From Auanema rhodensis (taxonomy: Eukaryota > Animalia > Nematoda): a stretch of DNA of 64,000 bases. Location: assembly GCA_964057225.1 (NCBI GenBank), contig OZ059898.1, positions 11,222,001-11,286,000 on the forward strand, given 5' to 3'. The notes under the pieces are model-generated. The model searched no databases. It saw only the letters and a program-made list of their open reading frames with translations, and had not been told where the DNA came from. The translations under genes were made by a program, and so were the position numbers. Numbering within the stretch: position 1 is the stretch's first letter; each line of letters opens with the position of its first letter. This document shows positions 14,901-26,300 of the stretch, one piece after another.

Positions 14901-15186
14901 TATGAAACTGAAAACATTGAATTTAATCTAATAGTCAAGATGAGGTTGGCGACTACCATAGGTGGAGTCAGCTACAGAGGTAATTGGGCACTGTCTATTC
15001 CCGGAACACCATAATTAGTTGGAAGATGAGTAGGAATAAGGTCATAGTTATTTTGCGACTTCAAAACAATTACAGTCAACATTGAATTCAAGACAATTTT
15101 TTATTTAGTTATCATAATCAAATGTTTAAACAGTTACTTTTATGAGAAAAGATTTTTTTTACAACAAAACTCTCAAAATCAAAATT

Positions 15187-15813
15187 TTAAACTCCAGTCG
15201 ATCCAAACCCACCAGCACCACGAGCAGTATCTTCTAAAGATGAGCATTCAACATAATTACAATGAGCAATTTTTTCACAAATAAACTGGGCAATACGATC
15301 TCCTTTCTTGACCTATAAGGAAAAATGGTAAGAAAAGATTTTTAGAAAACAACATACAGAGAAATCAGTATCGCTGAAATTGAATAGAAGAACCTTGAGG
15401 ATTCCTCTATAGTCACTATCAACTACTCCAGCTCCAACATCTATGAAATTTTTAGCAGCTAATCCTGAACGTGGAGCGACTCTACCATAATACCCAAATG
15501 GCATTTCTACATTAATATCAGTAGAAACACAGGCTTTTCCTGATTTAAATAAAATATACAACATTTATTTCATTATTATACCTTTCGCAGGAACAACCAT
15601 ATCCTCAGCACTGTAAAGATCAGCTCCAGCAGCGCAAGCTGACCCATAAGTGGGGGCATGGGCGTTATCAGTAGTTCTAACGAATCGAACAGTCAAGCGC
15701 TGAATATGAAAAAATCAAACATATATTCAGTATTTCATTACCTGCTCGGTAGACTCAGAAGAAGACATGGTCTTTTCCTTAGTTGGAGATGCAACAACAG
15801 TTCCAAATGCCAT
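15187..15813 (-). CDS. dut-1: dUTP pyrophosphatase, single catalytic domain
   Basis: All five dUTPase motifs are present: [31 protein letters not shown] and [10 protein letters not shown]. Four exons. Confidence 0.96.
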
Positions 15814-15919
15814 TTTAGAAAAGAAAAATTGGTTAGTAAGCAATCTAGTTAGTATAGCACCGTTACCAATGATGATTCTTGATGAATACCAGGAACAATC
15901 TGAAATTAAGAAAAAAAAC

Positions 15920-15935
15920 CCGCGAAATTTCCCGC
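15920..15935. promoter_or_regulatory. Back-to-back E2F/DRM-type sites in the dut/suox divergent promoter
   Basis: CCGCGAAA (TTTCGCGG on the - strand) directly abuts TTTCCCGC, about 110 bp upstream of the dUTPase ATG, in otherwise AT-rich DNA. Confidence 0.6.
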
Positions 15936-16118
15936 TCTTTCTCTCTTCTCTTCTCAATCCTATCTTATGTCCTATCGCTAATCGGACAGGTGGAGAGAGA
16001 ATTGATTGTTGTTTGTGTCCCAGTTTTACCACGTGAAAACACGACTATTTTCTTTAAAAATTTATAAATTTTCAAACTATAATTAAAATTTTTGATTATT
16101 ATATATTTAGTATTTCTG

Positions 16119-18617
16119 ATGACTCTTGCTAGGCATCTACGTCATCTTTGTCTCACAAAAAAACCTTTCACAGGTGCTTTGGCTATAACAGTATCCCAGA
16201 ACAGTCGACAGCATAATCGATCGAAAGATCAATACTACAATTTCTCTGACTTAAATGGTACATAAATATTCTGTGTCTATAAATCTACAGCTTTAGTATC
16301 AACATTACCTCTTATTGTTGGAGCTGGTCTTCTTGGAAGTTATTTCATTTATAATAAGACTAGAATAGCTTATGCTAACGCTGTCATAAATAATACTGTT
16401 CTTGATCGCCCAAGAAGGCCAGAATTGCCTATCTATAGAAGAGATGATGTGAAAAAACATGGCAAAACTGCAGACCGAATTTGGGTTACATTTATGGATG
16501 TGAGTATTTCATGAAAACTCAAGCGTAATTTGTGATCCACATTTAAATATTCAGGGAGTATACGATGTTACGGATTTTGTAATTTCACATCCAGGTGGGG
16601 ATAAAATTCTTCTGGCTGCTGGTGGGGCAGTGGATCCTTTCTGGGCTTTGTATGCCCAACATAAAACTGCCGAGGTAACAATCTCTATGTGAGCATATTT
16701 TCTAAGCAAGACCATTTGAGGTTTTTGAAATCCTGGAAGGTTTAAGAATAGGCACACTTCATCCAGATGATGTTACTGCAACCAAAGAAGTAGAGTTAAA
16801 ACCAATTAAATATAGAGTGGGTTTTATTCCTTTATTAGGTAGATGCCTCCGATCCTTTCTCCACTGATCCTTTACGTCACCCTGCGCTTATTGTGAACAA
16901 TGAAAAACCTTTTAATGCCGAGAGTCCACCTTCGCTTATAACTGATAATTTCCTTACTCCAAATGAGCTATTTTTCGTGCGTAATCATTTACCCGTTCCG
17001 AAGGTCAGTATGTTTTTCCTCCTGCCTATTTGTTGTCTGAAGACTCCACTTGCCTATAATAAAACAAACATCAATTTGCTTATAGACTGATAAAGTAACT
17101 CATGAGCTCAATATTGAAGGACTGGGTGTTCCTAAGGAAACTACGCTGACAATTAAGCAGTTAGAGGAGAAGTTTGAACAAGTATCAATCACATCAGTAA
17201 TACAATGTGCTGGAAATCGTCGTGCTGAAATGCATGAGTAATTGATTCCGAGTATATTTGTCTGGTTTATGGATTATTTAAGATATAAGAAAGTTGCTGG
17301 CTTGATGTGGAAAGGAACTGCTATCGGAAATGCTAAGTGGACTGGTGTCAGACTTAGAGTATGTCTACCTTATAGATCATATAGTTCAAAATGTCATACA
17401 TAGGATGTACTAATTGCAAACGGGGTCGATCCAGAAAGCAAAACAGTAAAACATGTTCATATGGAAGGTGCTGATAGGGATCCAACTGGTACCCCATACG
17501 GTGCTTCAATTCCGTTCGAAAAGGCTATGTCACCTGAAACAATAATCGCGTATAAGATGAATGATGTTGATATTCCTCCTGATCACGGTGCTCCATTACG
17601 ACTTATCGTACCAGGTAAAGTTTGAAGCCTAGTACTTATTATTTATTTTGTTTCAGGTAATGTTGGTGCTCGACAGGTTAAGTGGTTAAAAACTATTCGT
17701 CTTAGCGATGTTGAAAGTCCTAGTCATTGGCAGAGAAAAGATTACAGGTAATTTTATCAGTTGATGTAGATGTCGTACTTTTTTATTGTTTAATAATTAT
17801 TATAGAGTTTTCTCGCCGTCTGTTCAACATGGTGACGAATTAGATTGGGATAAAGTTCACTCAATTCAAGAATACCCGATACAGTGTGCTTTCTGCGTTC
17901 CAAGTGGTCCTATTACTGTTTCTCGAGGTTTGTTTTGGGTATTTACACTATATATTTATTTGATATTTAAAATTATGTAAGTATTAATTTTTTTACTTTT
18001 GTTTTCGTGCATTTTACTGGAATAATATTTTTCTTAAAAACTTCTCTAAAGCTGATAGGCATAATTTCTCATGTACGTGATTCAGCGTTCGTAGATTTAG
18101 TTATCACGCCCTCAAGGAAAATTCTTTTAGTAAAGTACTCTTCATTCCTAACTGCATTCTTCTTAATTTCGCTAATTGGTATTTATTTATTTATTTTGCA
18201 GATGATGAGTATGTTGATGTTGCTGGTTACGCTTGGAGTGGAGGAGGAAGAGGAATCATCCGCGTTGAAGTTTCTGGAGATGGTGGTGAGACATGGGAAA
18301 GCGCTGAATTAGAGCAAGATCCTGAACAAGACATGGTATTACAGATCCTGATAACAGTTTAGAATTGATTTTCTAGAGTCACATGTGGGCCTGGACATTG
18401 TTCAAGGCGTCAATTAAAATACCTAAGGAGGGTCAAACAATGGTACTTGTTGCTAAAGCAACCGATAGGTTCATTATCTACTATGTGATCTTCATCAGAC
18501 TCTTTTTTTAGATCTTATAACACACAGCCAGAAAGCCCTTCTGGTATATGGAACGTTCGTGGTCTTCTACATAACGCTTGGCCAAAAATTAAAGTTTCTA
18601 TCACAGACGATGAATAA
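16119..18617 (+). CDS. suox-1: Mitochondrial sulfite oxidase (cytochrome b5, Moco and dimerisation domains)
   Basis: Basic presequence [10 protein letters not shown]. Cytochrome b5 motif [14 protein letters not shown], then [18 protein letters not shown], Moco cysteine motif [31 protein letters not shown] and [11 protein letters not shown]. Confidence 0.97.
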
Positions 18618-19225
18618 TAGAACAGACGCGTTAGTTGACGATTAGAATTTTTCAAGATTTTAAATTTTTTTGTTTTTTTTTTGCATATTTTCTTATGTTT
18701 TATTATGCACGTGATGTACATTAACGCGTATGCTGACTGTGATATTCTCTTGCCTAGAATAGGATTTTTTTAAAATGCGTAACATATTTCACAAGACCTA
18801 TTGTCATACTTCATTGATATTTTCAATCATGATCGTTTGCATTATAAATGTTTAGCGATTGCTGTTTTCACATTTGCGCAGGATGTATCATACAGATTGT
18901 TATCTTAATTGTGTTTTACGAGTTTGATCTATCAAATAAATTCCAAAATGATGCTTGGGTATAATTTTGGAAATGCGAATAATTGAAGAAACGGTTTCCT
19001 CATTTTTTCCTGTTTTTCAATTCAGATTCTCGGTATCAATCAGAGTTATATTGCCGTATTTATTGTGCCTTTAAGGACATGATAGTTTACTTAAACCATC
19101 GACTATTTGACGGCTTTTAAGCACTGATAAGACCCAAGGTGATACATCACCTCAGTTATATTGATTCTTGCCTCGTGAATCGTTCGTAATTTCATTAAAT
19201 TTGAACGTTACATTTAGAAATACAT

Positions 19226-20525
19226 ATGATTGACCAAGTTGTACCTTATCTATATGTTTCTGGTGCAGGGCCCGTTCTCAGCGAAAAGGGACATCAAGCA
19301 ATTCGAGATTTAAAGGTTGGACAATTTTCAAATCATTGCTATTCAAAGAATTTTAGATTAAGCACATATTAACGATATCAGCCATGGCTATTCCTATTGA
19401 AAAACGAATTCCAGACGTCCAGTACAAGTGAGCGATTATTTCATAATATTGTTTTACTGGTATTCGTTAAACAGCTTTATTTTTGCTATGGATTTGGTTG
19501 ATGAAGATCTTTTATCTCACATGGATGAAGGTATTAGTTTAATCGATAAGGCTATAAAGGATAATGAAAGCATTTTAGTTCACTGGTGAGAGTTTCTTTT
19601 TTTCTTATCTAAATGTATTGCTTTAGTGAAGCTGGTATGTCGCGTAGTGTTGCAATCATTGCTGCATATTTAATGCGAAGAAATAAATGGAATGTAGAAA
19701 AAGCCTTAACATATATCAAAAACTGTCGGCCTGTCGCCCAGTATATTCTATAAAAATGTTTATTATATTACAATCAGTGAATTCAGACCAAATGAGGGCT
19801 TTAAAGAGCAGCTCAAGTGCTTTGAAAGAAACGGATATTCTGCACAACAGGAGTCGTTGAATTCTTCACAGGAATATCGACTTTGGAGAAATCGAACAGG
19901 AAATTCATCCCAAAGTTTGTTTTAATACATTCTACGTTTTTCTTATAAATAAATGTAGATAATGGCGAGAACAGTACACATGCAGATCGCAAAACTCAAA
20001 ATAAATATAGGTAAACCTAATACTATGAATAATTTTTGCTATAAAGTTAGTTCTTATAGATGTGGGAGATGCAGACAAGTCGTTTTTTATGAAGAACATC
20101 TGATAAAGCATAATAGAATGGATGACCAGGTATAACGTCTGTTGTTCTGTTTATTCAATTTTTTAAATTTTATAGCCTTGCACTTTGAGTTACTTAATTG
20201 AACCAATGAAATGGATGTCAACAGCAGAATATAACGGAAAGGTGAGTTTGTGATAGTATCATTAAAATTATTAATCTGATAATTGCAGATATCCTGCCCA
20301 TCATGTAATGAAAAATTGGGAAACTATTCGTGGGGAGGTAAACCGTGTCTCGGTGAAGGTTACCAGTGCAAACATTTAAGTGAGTTGTAAACAAAGCTTG
20401 TTGTTTAACACTCAATTCTTATAGTAACGCCATGGGTTCATCTTCACAAATCAAAGATTGATGTCGTTAAAAGTAATCAGCAGTCCGTCGTCACACCAAC
20501 TATCCCAGCAGTTGTTATATCATAG
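19226..20525 (+). CDS. Dual-specificity phosphatase DUSP12/YVH1-like with C-terminal Zn-binding domain
   Basis: Catalytic loop LVHCEAGMSRS and PNEGFKEQL. Zn domain YRCGRCRQ...GKISCPSCNEKLGNYSWGGKPC...PWVHLHKSKID. Confidence 0.92.
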
Positions 20526-20694
20526 ATATTATTCGGGTTTTTTTTTGTGTTTTGAATGTTTCTATTGTTACTAGTTAAAAGTCTATTAAATTTTTTGTTT
20601 TCTTTGCTGTTTCATGACTAGAAAGTTTTTTCTTTCCTGATATTGCCGAAAACTAATTTTCATAGTAATGTAAATTAAATTATTTACTTACAGA

Positions 20695-22183
20695 ATGAAG
20701 ATCTCTGTTGTTCTTGAATCTACCAATCGAATTGAAAGTGTGGAAGTACAGAAAAACGAAAATTTAAATTCTAACGTTCATATTTCAGTTGCCCAACGAT
20801 GAAATGAGTGTTTTAGATTTTAAAGAAATTCTAAATGCGTTATTCGATATTAATATTGATAATAAGTTCTTTTTCTACGTTGCTGGTAAAGCTTATCGTT
20901 ATGAAAAAATTGCTGAACGAAATGGACTTGTTAAAGTATGATTTCATTAAAGTAATATTCCAAATAAGTTTTTATAGGGTTTGAATTTGAAGGATGGAAG
21001 CATTCTTGTGCTTTCTGTACAATACACTGATGCGCCTATACTAATTTCGCTAGGAATAACAGGTGAATATGAATCAGGAATTTCGCAGATATTATGAAAG
21101 TTTCATTTGTAGAGGATTACATGGAAAACTTGATCAAATCGATTAAAGTAAAGCATTCTTCTCAGGGAGAACTTATTGCTTATTTATTGTCTCAAAAGGA
21201 AGGATATAAGGTAGCCATAACGTACTATCTTAGTCAAAATGTTTTTTCAGATTTTTAAAACTCTCCGTGAAAGTACTAATAACTATTACCTTCATCAAAT
21301 TGGTAATAGTTCTCCCGGTCTGTCTAAATTTTATGATCAACGTCCAACTGATGTGGGTAGGTTACTAGAGAATATTCAAAAGTCATCTTATACTATTTTA
21401 TGTGGATTTCTGTTACTTTATACACAATTCTTCGAGGAACAGCGCCAAATCCCTCGAATACAATTAACAGATGCTGAGAAGATTATTATGGAGTAAGTTT
21501 TGAAAAATTAATTTTGTTTGCCGTTTTGGTAAAAAATGTGATTTTAAGAAATCAAAGACAAGCTATCGATGAAAACCCAGAAATTCTATTGAATACAAAT
21601 ATGCTATACCTCCATGTTAAGCTTAACGGTGTTGATATAATTGCATTCGTTGATACAGGTGAGATAATGCTTTTTTTGCTTCTTCATAACCATGACCATT
21701 TAGGAGCTCAACAGTCACTTATTAATCCGGCATGTGTAGCTAAGTGTAACATAGGCCATTTGGTCGATAAAAGTTCTATTCGAGTCTTCTCTGGAATTGG
21801 TGGAACACAGAAAAGTCACGGAAGAATATGGAAAGGTTCGCGAGTTTTCTCAAAATACATAGTCACTAAGAATTATTTAGTTGATATGGAGGTTGGAGGA
21901 CATGATGTTCCCGTAACTTTGAATGTATTGGAGAGCGAACATGAAATGCTTCTCGGACTGGATATAATGTTGCGGCATCGTGCCATCATAGATTTAGCTG
22001 TAAGTTTTAATAATAACTTCTACTTTTATATTTATTATGTAGCATCGTACTATTACATTTGCTGGTACAGCTGTAGGAACATTTTTGACAGACGACGAAT
22101 CATCTAAACTCAATTACGAAGAACAACAACGAAAACAGGATGCTATGGATGTGGATACTACACCTGGGCCATCTTCCTCCTGA
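20695..22183 (+). CDS. DDI1-like protein (divergent UBL plus retroviral-type aspartyl protease)
   Basis: UBL-like N-terminus MKISVVLES. Protease domain AIDENPE...MLYLHVKLNGVDIIAFVDTGAQQSLINPACVAKCNI...GIGG...MLLGLDIMLRHRAIIDL. No UBA domain seen. Confidence 0.85.
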
Positions 22184-22719
22184 GGTGATTTAGTGGTTAT
22201 GCCTTCATTTGGTAAATAATTTCTGTATCATATATTCGTAAGGCTTCATTATTTCTATTCTTTTAACTTATTTCTAAGCCGTTCAATGCCTTTAACATAC
22301 TATTATTTTAAAATCATTAGTTTAACCAAGTGGCTTATACATTGGGTTTGCAAAATGAGATAAGTCATATCCTTCATCTTAATATCAATTGTCTCTTCAT
22401 ATACATATGTTTCCGTTTTTATCAAAAATTTCTGGATGCCTTTTAAAGGTTTATTATTGATAATAGATAACACTCACAAGGTATGTCACAAACTATTTTG
22501 AGCACCGGTCATTTTTACCACGAAGGTTGGAACATATCACAGAAAAGAATATGAACAACGTCTCTCTTTTCTCTACTTAGTTTTTTTTCTTCGATAACTT
22601 CTTTAGATTTTTTAAATTAGTAATGAGTAGTAGCGATTAAATGCAAAAAAGAGCAGAATTATGCACTTTTAGCTTGAAAAAAGAGTACAGTTTAATAGCT
22701 GAAATATAATTCAGAGAAA

Positions 22720-23320
22720 CTAGATGAGTCCCTCTACTGCTACCGGCGCCAAATAGGGCAGGTCTTTAGCATGATTCTGCTCCTCAAATTGAGGTCTATA
22801 TTCCCCGTGGCTTCGTCGACGATCTCTCATGTAGCGGAATGTGAAAAAGGCTACCAATCCTATAACCAATACGAGTGCCTGAAACATTGATATGAAGATG
22901 GTCACTTAAATCATCAAGAAGTGTCTGAAGGAGAGAATATAATAGACAGAGAAAAAAAATTGATTCAATAATGAAAATTTTTGATTGTCTTTCTAAAGTA
23001 TATAAGCATTCAAGTGCTTTATATTGAAGAATAGTTGAGAGAATCGTGAACTAGGGATAATATTCCGCGAATGTGTATCTGTTCGATTTTCTTTTCAGTG
23101 TCTCTTTCAAAAAGGTGAATGGAAAATAAGGAAAAGAAACATAGTTTACTACTAGTACGAGAAAGTCAACTATATTTTAAAGGAAAAAGTGAAAAAGGTC
23201 AGTTGTACTTACAATTATTCCACATACAAGTCCTGCAACAGCTGCTGAACTTAATGAATGTTTCGATAGAGCTTGTGTTGTAACCTCTACTGTATCTAAA
23301 ATTGCCGAGGAATTAGACAT
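22720..23320 (-). CDS. crb-3: Crumbs-3-like short transmembrane polarity protein
   Basis: Two exons encode MSNSSAIL...AVAGLVCGII|ALVLVIGLVAFFTFRYMRDRRRSHGEYRPQFEEQ...AVEGLI*. This has a TM helix, the FERM-binding GxY...E motif and the C-terminal EGLI PDZ ligand known from nematode CRB-3. Confidence 0.85.
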
Positions 23321-26300
23321 GACAGGCCTGTATCTCAAAAAAGTGCTGAAAGTAAGGATAAACCTGAATAATCTTCGAAAGCGGATAAATACTACCTGTC
23401 TAGTATGGAAGTCAGTGGCTGTATCTGGTATCCTGTACTTGATGTGGGAATACGGTTTGTCAACCGAGATAGTTCACGAAGTGAAGAAGTAGGAGGACAA
23501 ACACAGAACAACTCCTTTTCCGGAGTACGACACCCTGTTATAACAGCTGATACTGTGGATGCTGAAAATAATAAAATGTTCAATCAGAATCGTAGTTAGA
23601 GCAAAGAAAGTGATGAACACGAAAAAAAAATAGAATATGAACAACCGCTCGTTATGCCTTATGGTCTAAAAATGAAGTGCAGGCGGTTAACGATGCGAAT
23701 GAGAGACTTTGAGATTTCTGAATGTAAATCAGTCAACTAGACAACTAATGTGAGTCACATGTTTCAAAAGTTTGCAAAAAAATAATTGAAAAAAAAGACC
23801 AAAGGTTTCGGGCGAATAGTTTTCTTCATCTTCAAACCGTTATAGATACCGTTTACGTGAACAGGAACCTATAGTTGCTCGAAATAGGCAAAACAAACAA
23901 TTAGCTTTCCGAAGACAGAAGTAAAAAAAGAGAAATAAACTATAGAAAAAGAAAAAAATTGAAACGGACACAACAATAAGAATTGAAACAACTAGATGAG
24001 TACGAAAAAAAATCTTTCTTTCAAAAAGAAAGCTTCAGAATTTAAAAGAGGAAAAGAAATTGAAAAAAGAGAATGAACCTAAAACTTAATTGATGTCCGA
24101 AATAGTTGAAAACGTCCGTAGCTAAGCAAAAGTGTAATACGAAGCTTGTGGTTCTCAAAAAGTAGCATAAACGATTGAATACTGCTCAGAAAGAATAACA
24201 GAAAAGTAGCGAAAATTATCGGTGTTCTCTTTTTGTAAAGGGTGTTTGAGATTTATTTTTTTTTGTCAAAAGAAAAAAAAGTTTTAAACTAGTGGAATAG
24301 AGCAAAAAGAATGAAAACATAAAGAATAGGAACTGAACAGGCTATATTGTTAGTTGACTGAAGCTTCACCTAAGCCAAATGTAACCTGACACTTGAAATC
24401 GATGATTGAAGCTGCCTAATATGAACATATGTAGCTCTAGCTTTGAAAGACTATAGCTACTGTTTGTTTCTCAAACTGAGAAATAGAAGGCAATATATAT
24501 GATATAGTTTAAAATAAAGGTGCAGAACAAGAGCAATAAGAATAGAATGATGACGAGTGATCTGAACGCCTTAAGTTTTCGGACGGGCGATTGAGTGAAT
24601 CATTCTATCATAATCAAACATTTTTGAACAAATATTATGAAAAGAAAAATGATATAGTTTTGAATAAAAAATAATAAGTAAGAGTGGAAAGTAAGGAAAA
24701 GAATAGCAACTATGCTACTAAAACAAGTGATAAGTGTATAAATATATTTATGAATTCGGATATGTGTTGATTTGAACTTTTGAGATTTTTGAATACACAT
24801 CTGATAGGGTTATTCTGAATTTATCTTTAATCTAATGAAATTCAATTAAATTTTTCTGAAGTAGCAAGAAATTTTCCTGATTAAAAAAAGCTCACGCAAC
24901 AGAATATAAAAACCGGCTGAAGACGAGACTAAGAAGAGAGATGAAGTGAAGAGAGAACGAGAGAAATAGAAATAGAAAGATATGATAAACGGCGACTGAA
25001 TCTCACACGTATTTGATTAAGATGAAGAAAAGAGGAAAACAGTAGATGTGTAGTGAAGATAAATTTGCACGGAAAGACATGGAGAGTAGGGAATGAACAA
25101 GTAGAGACGGAATGAAGTATTATAAGTTAGAGTACAAAAGATTATCATGTATTTTGATAAAAGACACTGAATATTGTTATCAAATGAAACATGCAGAATA
25201 CATGAGGACTTCACTCTTTGTTGACAAGAAACTATGACCAATAAGCTGAAGTATGCACGTCCCGCCTTGCTTTTAGGATACATATTATTATTTTTATAGC
25301 AATATTTAACTTATATAGATAATAAAATTTTTAAACAATATAAGACTCACTAAAAGCGTTTAGTTACATCACAAGAAGTACGGATAGTAGCACGAGTGAT
25401 GTTGTCATAGCAACCCTTATGGAACATAAGCAGTCACTACTAAGCGCTAAGAATTCACGGTTATGTAATGAAGCAGAAAAATATCGTGAAAGAAAAATTA
25501 TGAATATCATTTCGTTTTTTAAACGAGATACAACATAAAGAAGAGCTATATGTCATATAAATATTTGAAGAGAAAAGAAAATAGAAACTAGAACTAAAAT
25601 AGGAAGAGTTGTAAACATTTCTGATCCAGTTCCTAATTGCAAAAATGGCTTTTTGAAAGGTTTGAAAGATCCATATTGCAGTTGAAATAAAGAAGAATCT
25701 GCGCAACTAGACGAAAAACGACGTAATGCAGGGCACAGTGAAGAAAAGTTACATTTAAATTATATTGCGAGAGGAAAGAGTTGTCAATGTCGCAAACCAC
25801 AACACGGACATCGTTTGTGAGATGAGAAAAGAGGACAATATGAGGTAAGCGAAGCATTGAGGTTTGTACGTAACAGGAAAAGCAAAAGTTTTCTCTGATT
25901 CATCGAACACGAAGGTCTTGTGTCAGGTTTATTGCAAACTTGTGAAAAAGAAACAAAATTTTCAAATATAACAAAGACGACCAAGATTGCGAGATCTGAG
26001 AGAAAAGAAACAACATGTGAATAACTATTGAAAGATTTTGAAATCTCTTTTTAATCTTACCTTCTATTCTGAGCTTTTTCTGAAATTAATTGAATAGAAA
26101 AAAAGAAAGCAAAAGAGAGAGATAGTAAAGAAGGTAATAATAGCAAGGAGAGTTGTCGGCCGTCTATCAGGCTGGCAAGCTGCCGATAGACAACACACAA
26201 AGAAGACACCACTACGAGGTAGTGTTGCTTAGCCGACTGGTTTTTTCAGAAGGACATATTTTCAAGAGTGAGGAATTAGCTATTTTTGGTTAAAAAAGGT

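Noticed and set aside
24369-24376. CCTAAGCC, resembling a telomerase template or telomere repeat
   Set aside because: An isolated 8-mer with no array or supporting RNA structure; expected by chance.
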